Below are positions 22,729-37,700 of a DNA stretch of 64,000 bases, one piece after another. Made by a program: the position numbers and the translations under genes. Numbering within the stretch: the first letter of the stretch is position 1; each line of letters starts with the position of its first letter. Origin of the DNA: Mobula hypostoma. Taxonomy: Eukaryota. Below the pieces are notes generated by a model. It ran no database searches. It saw only the letters and a list, made by a program, of their open reading frames with translations, and was not told the DNA's origin. The DNA is taken from NCBI RefSeq assembly GCF_963921235.1, contig NC_086097.1:126048001-126112000 (forward strand), written 5' to 3'.

Positions 22729-25700
22729 CTGGGACAAAAGAAAAGAAAATCAAAGATAAAGAATTAAAAAAAACAACCACCTGCCTAAGTTTAGTAGTGG
22801 TCATCACCACGCTTATGGTCTTTTTGCCCCACTCCCATCAAGAAAGTCGCTATGCAGCATCCATGCCAGAATCACTGGACTCAAGTTACTTCACCCAAAT
22901 CATCAAACTGATCAACATCTCCACCCATTAACCCACACCAGCATGACTACATCCTCATCAGTTACTCCTCTCCAAAGCCCCTGAACAGCCTTCATCTCCC
23001 CCATGCATCGCCACTTTACTTACACTTCATACCTCACTGTCCTGCTGCTACCGAGAGCTACCTAGTGTTACTTTAAGCACATACAACCAGTCTATTTATA
23101 CAAGCTAACCTTGTGTAGATATGGCCACACTCAAACATTTACTTGTACATTGTGGTTTTATAGGATTGCTTTTAGATTTCTATCTACTGTTTTTTTTTTA
23201 AATGGTGTTCTTTACGTTTGTGTTTTTTGTGTTGCATCGGACCTGGAGTAACAATCATTTTGTTCTCCTTTACACTTGTGTATTGAATATTGACAATAAA
23301 CAAACGTGATCTTGAATAAATGCAGTGATTAATATAACCCGACTTGTGGAGTACTGGTCTGATCTTGCGTGACTGCTTGCTGTACTTTATGAGAAAAATC
23401 TAATTGCATAGTACTACACTAGGTGTTAGTGGGCCATCAGAAACTCTAATATTGAAAGGAGGAAGTGAATAGAATGCACACTTCAGAAGGAACGTTTTGT
23501 TTATAGGACAGAGAAAATGGAAATATGAACTAAATATTTACTTGAGTAAGGGCGAGGGCTACTCACCAATCACTTATTGACATCACACAGTAAACGGGAA
23601 GTTTCTGGAACTCGTTAAAGGCAGATTGCTTCAATGTGTATGCTCCCATGTTTTCAAAGATGACCCAATCACCTACACTTAATTCAGGTAGAAGACAGTG
23701 CTCTACAACCTGATCAAGCCCATCACAGGATGGTCCCCACAGGCTACTGGCAAATACAGGCTCTCCTGAATTAAGTTTCTGATGGGGGAAAAATAAATCA
23801 GAATGAATTTTCAGCTATATTGGATTATCCCATATTCATCCAGAAAACCAAATAGTGTCATTTTCATGCTCTAAATATATAATTAATACCAAGAGTGAAT
23901 GGAAAGATATTATGTATAACTAAGGCAGCACTAAATTAGTAGCTACCTTCCATTATTTTCACTCCAATGCAAGACAACTCAGAAGCTTTACACTCCTCTG
24001 CTATCAGTCCTTTGATAACAATTGGCTCATCACATATAAGTGTTTGATGACACTGGGCCTGTACTCGTTGAAGTTTTAGAAGAATGAGGGGGTGGATCTC
24101 ACTGAAACATATCGAATATTGAAAGGCCTAGACAGAGTGGACATGGAGAGGAGACCTCAGAAGAGAAAGACATCCCTTTAGAACAGAGGGGGAGGAATTT
24201 CTTTAGCCAGAAGCTGGCGAATCTGTTGAATTCAATATCACAGTGGCAGTGGAGGCCAAGTCATTGGGTATATTTAAAGCACAAGTTCTTGATTAGTAAG
24301 GATATCAAACATTACAGGGAGAAGGGCAGGAGAATGGAGTTGAGGGAGATAATAAATCAGCCATAATGGAATGGCAGAGCAAACTTGATGGGCCAAATTC
24401 AGAGCCTACATCTTTACGGTCTTACCGCTTCAGAAAGATATTTTATTTTATTTAGAGATACAGCATGGTAACAGGCAAGTCTGTGCCACCCCATTACAAC
24501 CATGCGACCTACTAATCCGTACGTCTTTGGAATGTGCGAGGAAACTGGAGCATTTGGAGGAAACCTACACAGCCACGGGGAGCATTACTAACCCCTTACA
24601 GTCAGCGGCAGGAAGTGAACAGTGGTCACTGGCGCTGTAAAGTGACTGCATTAAACACTAAGCTTACTGTATTAATACTGAGCAAAACTGCATTCACACC
24701 TAATAGGCATGCAGTACTGAGCTTCATATTTTCACATGCTCTTTAGAAAATCGTTAACCCACCTTGTGAAGAATTGGAATGGCATTCACAGTTCCATACA
24801 AGCTATTTGCAAAACAGCCATAAACACCGTCACTTATGTAATACATGAAGAATGGCTCATCGTTCAGAGAAGGAACTAAGACAGAAAGAAATCTTAATTG
24901 ATACTCAATTTTTTGTTAATTTTCATTTCATATAATTAAATGGTCACTGTAGATTGCAGATCAGGACATATGTACACAATTCTTCCAACGAAGTCATATT
25001 CAATCCAGACCAACAGGATGAATATATAACAATTCAGTGATTTTATAAATAATATGGTTTCAAAGGAAAGGTTTAGAAAAATTTCGGGACTTAGAAGACG
25101 GAGAACCGTCACAGTGATGTACAAACACATGGATTAAAAATGTTAACTTTAAGTCTTACTTCCATTATACTAAAGATGCACAATTAGGAAAACTATACAA
25201 ATAAGGCCAAATCTCTATCACCTCAAATATCAGAAACAGTCTTTTGGTAGGGCAAGCGATACAAATCACTTAAGATAGATAAATGGCATTATTCAAGAAA
25301 TTGTAAGGTTGCATGGAAAGATGAGCTTTATTAGCTAATTTCACACCCCCCCCCCCCGCAGTATCTATAGTAATCTAAATTTTAGAGTTTCTGATGGGTT
25401 CAATCTAATCCATTGAGAATTTAAAACTCCACAGGATAAATGTGAGTCCTCTTTTCGAGAAACTTGAACATATGGAGAGATGGGTGGTGGTGAGGAAGAG
25501 AACTGGGAGTGAACTATTGAATACGGGGAACTTATTTTGGTTAATAAGACGAAATGTATACTATTGGTGAAAAAATAGCATTCTATTCAAAAACTGACAG
25601 CATGAACATTGATTTTTCCAACTTCTGGCAATTTCTCCTTCCTCCCCTTCTCTCTTTTTCCATTCCCCATTCTGACTCCCCTCTTAACCTTTCTCTTCTT

Positions 25701-28700
25701 ATCTGTCCATCAGCTCCATCCAGTGCCCCCTTCCTTCCCTTCCCGCCCCCAAGGTTGGCCATCAGGTTCTTTCTCCTTCAGCCCTTCAGCTTGCCAACCT
25801 ATAACCTCCCAGCTTCTCACTTCATGCCCCTGCTCCCCCACCCTTTCACCTTCCCCCTCACCTGGCTTCACCTATAACCTCCCAGCTTCTCATTTCATGC
25901 CCCTGCTCCCTCACCCATCCACCTTCCCCCTCACCTGGCTTCACCTATAACCTCCCAGCTTGCACATATTCCCCTCCCCTGACCTTATTATGGTTCCTTT
26001 CCCTCTCCTTTCCAGTCCTGAAGGGTCTCAGCCTGAAACATTGACTGTTTATTCCTTCCCATTGATGTTGTCTGGCCTGCCGAGTTCCTTCAGCATTTTG
26101 TGTGTGTTGTTCTATTCAAAAATGAATGCTACACCCAGTCTTTCACACGGGCTGATAAAAGCTATTTCCAGTATATCAAAACAAAAGGCACTTGTCATTA
26201 AAAGATACAAAGATAATAATTTGACATGAAAGTCAATTATTGGGATGGTATTACAAATATCCTATATCTTACACGTGAATTGCATACATGGAGCAAACAG
26301 CATATTAATAATGACACTTAGTGGAAACCCACGGGATTACCTTCAGACTGATTCTGTAAGTCTCTTGCAATAGTCTTCTTGGCTACTATGTTAACTGCTA
26401 GGGTGAATGCAGAATTCACATAGTAGCTACCAGGTTCAGCAATAATTTTAATATCACTTTCAGGGGGGAAGTAAATCTCGAGGAGTGGATTTATGGCATC
26501 AAAAACCTAGAATTGGAGAATAATAAGTAATGAAAACTCAATCACTTCCACTGTGTCTAGACTCAGACATATGATCTATACATGCATATGTATTTATGCT
26601 TATTGTGCTTTTTTTTGTACTTCATCGGATCCAGAGTAACAATTATTTTGTTTTCCTTTACATTTGTGTACTGGAAATGATGTTAAACAATCTTGAATCT
26701 TGTTATATTAACTCTTAGGTTTACTAGATAATGCTCTACAAATCAATCATTAATTTAAGGACAAACTCATCACTACTGATATACAAAATTTTTACAATTT
26801 ATTTTGTAGACAAGGTTTGTGCAAACAGCAAACTAAGATAGACAAATCTCATTTTCAAAATTCTATGTAGTTTATTACTTTATACATAGTCTCCAAAATA
26901 TTTGGTGAGGTGATGTGTAGTGGAGTAAACTTATCAGGCTTTTGTGAGTGAGGTTTCCAAACAGCCATTATCATGTGCACAAGAACAGTTTTGACGTTTT
27001 CCTACACTTGCCAATTAATCACAAGCAAAGATTTTGAGCTTGGCGAAATTGCTATTTTATAAAAAATATATACAGGCAGTCCCCGGGTTATGAACGAGTT
27101 CTGTTCCTGAGTCCATCTTTAAGTTGGATTTTTACGCAAGGCAGAATAGGTACATCTGGTATTATTCAGTATCAGTTGGTCAAACATTTGTCTTAGAATA
27201 TAGTATATATTTTACCTTTCTATGCATATAAAACACTTAAGAAACCTATGTATTTCAATAAGTAAACCACTGCGTTGCTCAGTAATAACTACAGCTTTCA
27301 TCGGGGTAGGGCCTTTCACATGCTCCATTATTCTCACTTTATCCTTTTAAATTGTTCTGATTGTTTACCGACTGTAGCCTAACACTTTTCCAATGACCGA
27401 TGGCGTTTCACCTCTTTCCGATTGCTTTATTATTTCCACCTTAATTTCAATCGTGATCATTTTCCATCACCAGAACAGACCGGAAAAGTGGGGTCAAGGT
27501 GAATCTTGCTAAGAAAAATTTAAGCCAAATACAAAGTTACACACTCAACACAGTGTTAACGGCAACGTGATCCAACTTAAAATGGCGGATGCCGACTAAT
27601 TTTTAATATAACACGCTTTATATATAATAAGCTAATTTTTACATAATAGGCCATTCGTAAGTATGAGTTGTTTGTAAGTCGGATGTTCATAACTTGGGGA
27701 CTGCCTGTACAGGACATTTTTATCCCAAATTTGGAATAAGTTAAAACAAAAGATCTTCACACCTTTTCAAGCTGCAATTCACCATCCGTTCCAGAAAATC
27801 CACCCCCAATGTCAAGCAGGCTCATATCAAAACCAAATTCTTTCTATAACAGAAACATGAGGAATCACTGGAAGTTGTATTCAATTTTGTTTTAAAACAA
27901 AAATCTTGATTTGTAAACTACACTTCCTTTAAAACGATATAAATATAAAAGATAAAATTATGAACACATTACCTCAAGGGTACAAGTTTTTTTTAAACAA
28001 AATTTAAACTGAAAAGCATGGTTAAGTTGGGTTGCTGGACTGTTAATTGTAACAATGGCCACAGATAGAAACAATTTTAAACCTGACCCTTCAGAGTGCA
28101 GAGGCAGAAATTTCAAGATGTCACACTGTACAATCTTTGCTGTATTCCTCATTTCTATCAAATGCATCCAATTTTAATATATACCCTGAAATGACAGTAG
28201 ATATTTAAGCCATCAATTTACAATTAATAAAATTTTGTAAACCATTAGCAATGTTTTGAGTAGCACCCTCTTTTGGATTAATTTGAACAGTGGCCAATCA
28301 GAGATTGGGAGCGAAAGAAGAGATGACACACAGGTCAGCGAGTGTGCTTCGTGAGAGTTTCAGCGTTTGAACAATGGCCAATCAGAGATCGGGATTCATT
28401 AGCAAGGGTAGATAAAAATGAGGCAGGGCAAGCAGAGCGGCCTTTTTTGGAGTGAATAGTGTTAGAGGGGGATATGAATCTTTAGCTCTTTGAGACTTCA
28501 GCGAGAAGATTGAGTGAGAGCTAGCAAAAAGCTGTAGGTAGATTTTTTTTTCAGTTTATTTATTGTTTCCTTCTTTATAATTGCACAGTTAAAGCAGTAG
28601 TGATGCCAAGTATGATAACTGAATGCTCCTTTTGCAGGATGTGGGAAGGCAGGGAGATCTCCTGTGCCCCGATGACTACAACTGCAAGTGCATCCAGCTG

Positions 28701-31700
28701 CAGCTTCTAACAATCCGCATTAAGGTGTTGGAGATGGAACTGGATGAACTCTGGATCATTTAGGAGGCTGAGGGGGTGGGAGACAGGACACAGAGAGGTA
28801 GTAACACCCAAGGTGCAGGACAGAGGAAACTGGGTGACAGTCAGGAGGATGAAAGGGATTAAAGAGCCAGTGTAGAGTGCCCCTGTGGCCATCCCCCCTA
28901 ACAGCAGGTATACCACTTTGGATACTTCTGGGGGTGGGGATGACCTAGCAAAGGAAAGTCACAGCAGCCAGGTTTTTAACACCAAGTCTGGCTCTGGCTC
29001 AGAAGGAATAGAGGCGAGAAGAGGCAAGTTGTGCAGGCAGGGGATTTGTTAGTTAGGTGAACAGAAAGGAGGTTCTGTGGACGAGAATGCGATTCTTGAA
29101 TTGTATGTTACCTCCTGGTGCCAGGGTCTAGGACATCACTGATCGAGTCCTCAGCATGCTGAAGTAGAAGGGTGAGCAGTCAGAGGTTGTGGTCCATATA
29201 GGTACTAACGACATAGGTAGGAAGAGGGATGAGGTACAGCAAAGTGAATTCAGGAAGTTAGGTGCTAAATTAAAGGACAGAACCTCCAGGGTTGAGATCT
29301 CAGGATTGCAACCCATGTGAGGCTAGAAATAAGAAGAGCATACAGTTTAGCTGTGGCTAAGGAGTTGGTGTAGGAGGGAGGGCTTCAGATTTTTGGATTA
29401 TTGGTCTCTTCCAGGAAAAGTGGGACCTTTTCAGAAGAGATTGCTTGCACTAAAACTGGAGGGAGTCTAATGTCCTAAAGGGAAGATTTGCTAGTTCTGC
29501 AGGGGGGTGTAAATGAGAATTACAGGGGGATGGAAACCAAAGTGCCAGAACAGATAGTGGAGAGGTTGTAAAGACAGATGTTGTTAAGTCTTCATAGAAA
29601 GTCAGGAATCAAAAGGTTGAGCATGTAGAACTAACATTCTGAGTTGCGTATATTTCAATACAAAAAAGTATCGTAGGAAAGGCAGATAAGCTCAGAGCAT
29701 GAATTAACGTATGGAATTATGATATTGTAGCCATTAGCGAGACTTAGTTGCAGGAAGGGCAGGACTGGCAGCTCAGTATTCCAGGGTTGTTGTTTTAGAT
29801 GTGACAGAGCAGGAGGGATTAAAGGGGAGGGTGGCATTACTGGTCAGGGAAAATGTCGTGACAGTGCTCAGTGAGGATAGACTGGACAGCTCATCTCGTA
29901 AGGATTTATGGGTGGAACTGAGGAACAAGGGCAGAACCACACTAATGGGGTTATAATGTAGACCACCCAACAGTCCGTGGGGTGTAGAGGAATAAATTAG
30001 CAGAGAGATCGCAGACTGTTACAAGAAACATAAGGTTGCATTAGTAGGTGATTTTAACTTTCCACATATTGACTAAGACACCCATATTGAACAAGGACTA
30101 GATAGGTTAGAGGTTGTCAAATGTGTTCAGGAAAGTTTCCTTAATCAGTACATAGAAGTCTCAATGTGAGTGTGTGTGATACTTGATCTCCTATTAGGGA
30201 ATGAGACAGGGCAGGTGACAGAAGTTTGTATAGGGCAGGGGTTTACAACTTTTCTTATGCCATGGACCCCTACCATTAAACAAGGGATCCATAGACCCCA
30301 GATTGAAAACCCATGGTGTAGGGGAACATTTTGCCTGAAGTGATCATAATGCCATTAGATTCAAGGTAATTATGGAAAAGAACAGGTCTGGTCCTCGGGT
30401 TGAGATTCTAAACTGGAGAAAGGCCAATTTTGATGGTATCAGAAAGCAACTGGCAAGTGTGGATTGGGAGAAGCTATTTTGAGCAAAGGTGTACTTAAGT
30501 GGCAGGCCTTCAAAAGTGAAATTTTGAGAAAACTAAGCATGTATATACTTGTCAGAATAAAAGACAAGGAAAACAGGTTTAGGGAACCTTAAGGGCCTGG
30601 TTAAGAAAAAAAAGGAGGTACATATCAGGTATAGTGGGGCGCACGGCCAAGTGGTTACGGCATTGGACTAGCGATCTGAAGGTCATGAGCTTGAGCCCCA
30701 GCCGAGGCAGCGTGTTGTGTCCTTGAGCAAGGCACTTAACCACACACTGTTCCAGTCCACATAGCTGAAAATGGGCACCGGCAAAAATGCTGGGGGTTAA
30801 CCTTGCGATGGTCTGGCGTCCTATCCGGTGGGGGGGGGGCAAGTCTCGTACTCTCAGTCGCTTCACACCAAGGAAACCAGAATAAGCACCAGCCTGATGG
30901 GCCTATAAGGCTCGGGACAGACTTTAACTTTTTAACTAATAGCAGGTAGCAGGTATAGGCAGGTAGGAACAAATGAGGTACTTGACGAGTATAAGAAATG
31001 CAAGAGAACATAAGATCTTAAATGGATTTTTTGCATCTGTCATTTACTTGGGAGATGGACATAGTCTATAGAAGTAAGGCAAAGCAGCATCAACTTCATG
31101 GACTTGATATACATTACAGAGAAGGTGGTGTTTGCTGTCTTGAGACAAATTAAGATGGATAAATCCCCAGGGCCGGACAAAGTAATCGCTTGGACTCTGA
31201 GCAAAGTGCAGAAATTGCAGAGACCCTAGCAGAGATATTTAAAATATTTCTAGCGATTGATGAGGTACTGGAGAATTGGAGAAAAGCTAATGTTGTTCCG
31301 CTGTTTAAGAAAGGCTCTAATAGGCTCAAGGTTCATTTTATTGTCAGAGTATACATGTACAACTCTGACATTTGTCTTCTCAAGATAGCCATGAAATACA
31401 CATGAAAAAGTAAAAGAAACAAAACTCAGACGTCTGAATCCCCCCATCTTGTCAATGCATAAAAAGAACAGCGACAATAACAATCCCAAATCCCCTCCCC
31501 AGAAAAATCAGGAAAATTATAGGCCGGTGAGCCTGACACCAGTAGTGGGGAAGTTATTGGAAGGTATTCATAAGGGACCAGATAAATGAAGATTTGGATA
31601 GGCAGGGACTGATTAGAGAGAGTCAGCATGGCATTGTGTGTGGTAGGTCACGTCTAACCAATCTTAAAAAGTTTTTCAAGAAAGTTACCAGGAAAGTCGA

Positions 31701-34700
31701 TGTTAGCAAGGCAGTGGATGTTTGTCAAGAAGGTTCAGTCACTCGGCATTCAAGATGAGGTAGTAAATTGGATTAGATATTGGCTTTGCAAGAGATGCTA
31801 GAGAGTAGTTGTTGATGGATGCCTCTCTGACTGGAGGCCTGTGGCTAGTGGAATGCCGCAGGGGTCGGTGCAGGGTCTGTTGTTGTTTGTCATCAATGAC
31901 CTGAATGATAATGTGATTAACTGGATCTGCAGATTTGCAGATGACGCCAAGATTGGGGGGTGTAGTAGACAGCAAGGTAGACTATCGAAGCTTGCAATAA
32001 GATCTGGACACCAGCTGGAAACATGGACTGAAGAATGGCAAATGGAATTTAATGCAGTCAAGTATGATGAGTACAGTAGAAGAAAGGGATCTGGGAATAC
32101 AGGTTCATAGTTCATTGAGAACCGCATCTCAGGTAGATAGGATCGTAGAGAAAGCTTTTGGCACATTAGCCTTTATAGATCACAGTATTGAGTACAGGAA
32201 CTTTGATGTCATGTTGAAGTTGTACAAGATGTTGGTGAGGCCTAATTTGGAGTATTGTGTGCATTTTTGGTCACCTATCTACAGGAAAGATTTAAAAAAG
32301 AATGAAAGAGTACAAAAAATTGTACAAGGATGTTGCTGGGATTGGAGGACCTGAATTATAAGGAAAGATTGAAGAGGTTAAAGCTTTATTCCCTGGAACA
32401 TAGAAGTATACAAAATTATGAGGGGTATAGACAGAGTAAATACAAGCAAGCTTTTTCCACTGAGGTTGGTGAGATTACAACTAGAGGTCATGGATTAGGG
32501 ATGAGAGGTGAAATGCTTAAGGAAAATGAGGGAAAACTTCTTCAGAGGGTGGTAAGAGTGTGAAACGAGCTGCTGATGCAAGTGGTGGATGTGATTTTGA
32601 TTTCAATGTTTAAGAGAATTTTGGATAGGTATATGGATGGGTGGGGTACAGAGGGCTATGGTCCAGGTACAGGTCAATTGCCTGTTTATGTGCTGTAGTG
32701 TTCTATGATTCTAATTCTGCACAGTAAAAACATCACACTTCAGACTGCATCTTGTTAACATCATATGGTAAAGAATCCACAAATTAATATGATACTTACA
32801 CCCATATCAAAGATACAACGAGCATCAGATAAAGCGTGCAGGTAAGTCTCTATATTGCTTTTTGGGCTTGAAACATGAAATCTGTTGAGAATAATAAATA
32901 TATATAATATTTTGGATTCACTGCCACTTAGTACTGGTCATTTACTCATCTTACAAGCCTCTCCTTAATCAGATTTAACAATGAATAACTTAAATGCCTA
33001 TAATTTTTTAAGCCTTCATGTAACATTTTAAACAAAACATTAAGTTTCTAAAGTAGCCTGAATTGATCTGGCCTTAATCTAGAGATTTTTGTCCCACCCA
33101 CTCCTCTCCCATCCCCTGAAACTGAAAACTTGTTTTCACTTTCTTGGTAATGACAGAGTTTTTGACCTGAAACTGTTCATTATGCTTTCCATAGATGTTG
33201 CCAGATCTGAGCGTCTCCTGCATTCTGTTTATATTTCACTATTTAAGTTATTAGCCTTAAATTATTGTGATTTAATTATATAGCACAGGAATTAACGTTA
33301 TCTAAATTCAACTGCCTTGTCTATCAGAGCTGCATATGAAAATAATAAAGTATTGAATGCTTAAATGGCCAAAAGAAATGTTAACATTTTGTATTTAAGA
33401 GTTTTGTCCAATAAAATCAAGGATTAAACTTGTCACAATGTTTATACCATTGTTAGTAATAAAACAAACTGAAGCTTGCACCAAAGCATTTAGATATAAA
33501 TGATGCTACGAAGCCAAAGCCGCCTTTGGAACATCACCAGATATTAAGTACTTACAGTGGCCACTTTAATAGATAGCTCCTGCACCTAATAAAGTGGCCA
33601 CTGAGTGCGCTTGACATATTGTGAATTCTGAGATGCCATTCTGCACAGAACTGCCATTCACTGGATGAAAGGTCTCAACCCAAAATGTCATTGTTTATTC
33701 ATTTCCATAGCCTGACCTACTAAGTTTCTCCAGCATTTTAATGTCTCTTGCTCACTGGATGTTTTTGTTTTCCAGCATCATTTTCTGTAAATTCTAGAGA
33801 CTGTTGTGTGTGAAAATCCCAGAAGATCAGCAGTTTCTGAGATACCCAAACTGCTATTGATTACTAACCTAATCGGTTCGGCAATATTGTGGGCCGACTG
33901 GCCCATTCCTGTGCTTACTGTTCTCCGTTTACCATGTCTGGCACTTATCATTCCATGGTTAAAGTCACTTAAATCACATTTTTTCCCCATTTTGGGGAAC
34001 TACAACACAAGACACAGACTTAATTAGAAAATGCATAAACTAAAAGGTCGTATTTAGATTAGTTCCTCATTATTCAATGGCGATAGGGTACCAGACTGTA
34101 GATAAACAGAAAAACAAGGACACCTCCATTGTCACCGCAGTAGCTCTCCTACATGGATGCAACAGTTTCTGTGCAAGTTTCAGACTGTGTCGTCAAGGTG
34201 AAAAATACAAGCATTCTGGATCTGGGCTTCAGGCCACAGACCTACACACATTCCTGATCCTGTGTTAAAATCCCAAAATCTGAATCCCAACTCTAGATGC
34301 TATTGGTCCACATCCCAACTACTGATATTGTAGTACTGGCTAGCATAAGAGATCCACGTTAGAAAGGATAACAGTGACTTGGTGTATGAAGTTCTTTATT
34401 GCAATTTTATAACTCAAATAGCACGGCGTAAATACAATTACTTTTTTTTGATATTGACCAAAAGAATAAAATATTGTTCAAAATATTTCTATGTTGAGCT
34501 ACATTGGTTATATCTCATTTTACCAAAATCAGAGTGTTTCTGATCATGCAATTTATTTAATTAAGGTGACTACTCTCAGTGACAATCCCACAGCGTGCAC
34601 TGAGTGAATGAATAAGCTGTGGGGCTTCCCATAATCATGCACAACTGTTTGGTATTTTCCAGTCACAATTATATTAATTTCTCTAAACTCACATTCCAGA

Positions 34701-37700
34701 ATACATGCTCCAATTTTTGTTATGGCAAGGATGATCAGATTAAAATGGGAGGGAAGTAATGTATTTTTTAAAAATATGTCAATACAAAGACAGAATTCAC
34801 CTAGAAGATGAGTGATTACTCAAAATTGAAAAGTACATTATAAAGCATAATAGTCAATTGACCTGTAGACTGGAATGCATGGTGAACACAAGCGCTTTTG
34901 CCAGCCTACAAACTTGGAATGTTCAAGTTCATGTGATCGGAAAGGTAATTTACAATCCCATAGAAGTCATCCCAGGAGCACAGAACATATTCTAGAATAC
35001 TACAGCACAGTACAGGTCCTTTGGCCCACAATGTCATGCTGACCTTTTAACCCATTCCAAGATCAATCGAACCCTTGCCTCCTACTACTACTAAGCCCCC
35101 CATTTTTCTATCTTCCACGTGCCTATCTTAAGAGTTTCTTAAATGCCTCTACCATCACCCCTGGCAGTGCGTCTATATATATATAGTATAGTATAGTAAT
35201 ACTTTATTGATCCCGGGGTAAATTGGTCTGACACACTCACCATTCTCTGTGCAAGATGCCTACTTCTGATACACCCCCCATACTTTCCTCCAATCTTAAA
35301 ATTATGCCCATAGTATTATCTATTTCTGCCCTGGCAAAAAAAAGTCTCTGGCTATCCACTTGATTTATGCCTCTTATCTTCTTGTCCACCTCTATCAAGT
35401 TGCTTCTCATTCCCCTTTACTCTGAAAAGAAAAGCCCGAACTTGCTCAACCCATCTTCACAAAACATGCTGTCTAATCAATGCAGCATCCTGGTAAATCT
35501 TCTCTGCACCTGTTCTAAAGCTTCCACATTCCTCATGTAATGAGGTGACCAAAACTGATTATTCTAAGTGTAATCTAAACAGGATTTTAAAGAGTTGCGA
35601 CAATGACTTGTGGCTCTTGAACTCAATCCCGACTAATGAAGACCAACACATGATATGCCTTCTTAACAGCCCTATCAACTTGCGTAGCAACTTTGAGGGA
35701 TTCATGAATGAGAACCCCAAGATCCCTCTGTTCCTCCTCACTGATAAGAATTATGCCATTGACGCTATATTGCAAGAAATTGTAGAAATGCTGATGGAAG
35801 CTGGAAGCCAGAAAGATTTCACAGGTATTTTAAAATATGCAATGAAAAGCTATCCAATTGCTCCTTCTGCGACAACCAGCATTCTCACTCAGATTTAAAT
35901 TGCCAAGAAGTTTGCTGGGCATTTTATGTTCCGCGTAAAAAACTCAAATTTTTATGCCATGGGCGAGAAGCACAGATCAGAAAATCTGTACAAATCAGGA
36001 ATATGCTCTACATTTAACAGTTCACTGTTTGATTTTAAATAAGCAAGCATAGCATATGGCTGAGTTTCATGATGTCTTACCATAATTTTGTAGTATTTGT
36101 TACTTGTGCACGGAGCAAGAACAACGTAGTAGAAATGATTGGACGTTTTTACTGAGTCATTAGTAATATTATACGCTGGCCAACTTAGTGTGGAAGCAAT
36201 GAACGGAGCCCGCAAAATGAAAGCATGTGACTTCGAAAGCCCGCACACAAAAGAGAAAGCTCTGTGCATTGGAGGCCCCACCAATTCACTGCATAATCAA
36301 TTGGCTGCATGCACAATCGATCCAATACAGTTCATTATTAAATTTTTAAAAATTCTGCTCACCTTACGCCAACCACCTGAATCCCTAGATCTTTGGCAGA
36401 TTCCAAAAGGTGCCTGCAGTCCTTCAATGTAGCTCCAAACTTCATACCCATCTCATTTTCTTCATTTGAAACTGCAGTTGCAATGTCTACCAAGAGCCTA
36501 AGAGAAGAGGAAGATGATTGGGGCACAGTTGGTTTATATCATCATATTTGTAGCTTGAAGACTTTCAGAAGTATGATGAAGATTATGTTGGCAGAAGCTC
36601 CCACTTCCAAGCTCCGAATGTGCACCTAAATGAGAACAAATCCTGCGCAGGAGAGAAAACTGATGATTAGGGCCTCGGCATGTAGCTACATGTAAAGGAC
36701 AGGGAGGAGAATAAATATGTAGCAAGCCAAGACTGAATGATTCATCAAGAGTTGACTGGATACTGTAACAAAAGACAATAAGAACAATAGTGGACTGAAT
36801 TAATTAGCTGACTTAAGTTTATCAATTAACAAAATCTAACACATTTTTTGTCAGAGTACCAAAAAAAGTTGTTAGTTATTCTATTAATGATCTAACAACT
36901 CATAGCAACTCAATCAGCACGAAATTATTATACATTATCTTGACTAAGGTGGCAATATAGGGGATCATTAGTATCTTGAAATATGAGCATGAGGTGAAAT
37001 ATTCCATTCCAATCCAAACTCCTGATGGAAGGTATGAACGTGTAGAATGGGCAAGGAAACAAGCCACTGTGTTGTGCAGGCTCGACATAAGTAATGAACA
37101 TCAACCTTGATGCTAAATGCCCTCTGGTACCTTGTCTTCCAACTTCACCTTTGGTTTGGGGGGTGGGGGGGTGAGAGGTGGACAGACCCTTTTCTGTAAT
37201 TTCAGCTTCTGTTTATTACTCTGAAAGTAATAATGAAAGCGTGACAGATCTTTTGTCATCAGATTTTAATATTATACAACTTTCTAGGCTAAAAATACAA
37301 TTCCTGGTAGCATATGGAGTATAGCAGAACAATCTATTATCCAGTTCTGAAACACATCTGCTATAAACCATCTACAGATGTACAGAAGTGTCAAGGACAT
37401 CTAGGGAAACCGGTAAATTTTATGGTACAGTATTTTCTAAAGCTATTTTGAAGTCAAAAGTCTAATCAATTTATTTCCATGGCATATATTTAACTTTTAA
37501 CTTATTTTCATAGGGATGAACATAATAATAGTTAGCATTGGAAAATGTGTTTTCTGTTCTCCTAGTTTCATACTCAGAAGACTGCTGTCACCTTTAGGAA
37601 ACATGCAACTTGGCAGCGAGTGACTTCAGGTGGCAGAGGAACAGTGGGGTAGCAGATTGGCAAGTACTGCACTAGGACACTCAGTTCCTGCATTCTGGCA

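Noticed and set aside
25797..25961. CRISPR-like or functional array
   Set aside because: It is a simple head-to-tail duplication without spacers, inside a retroelement, in a eukaryote.
30636..30710. tRNA gene
   Set aside because: The A/B-box head continues into a SINE body inside a CR1, and I found no complete cloverleaf.
36500..36560. Intronic C/D snoRNA (minus-strand ATGATGA near the exon 6 acceptor)
   Set aside because: There is no D box (CTGA) or terminal stem before the acceptor.
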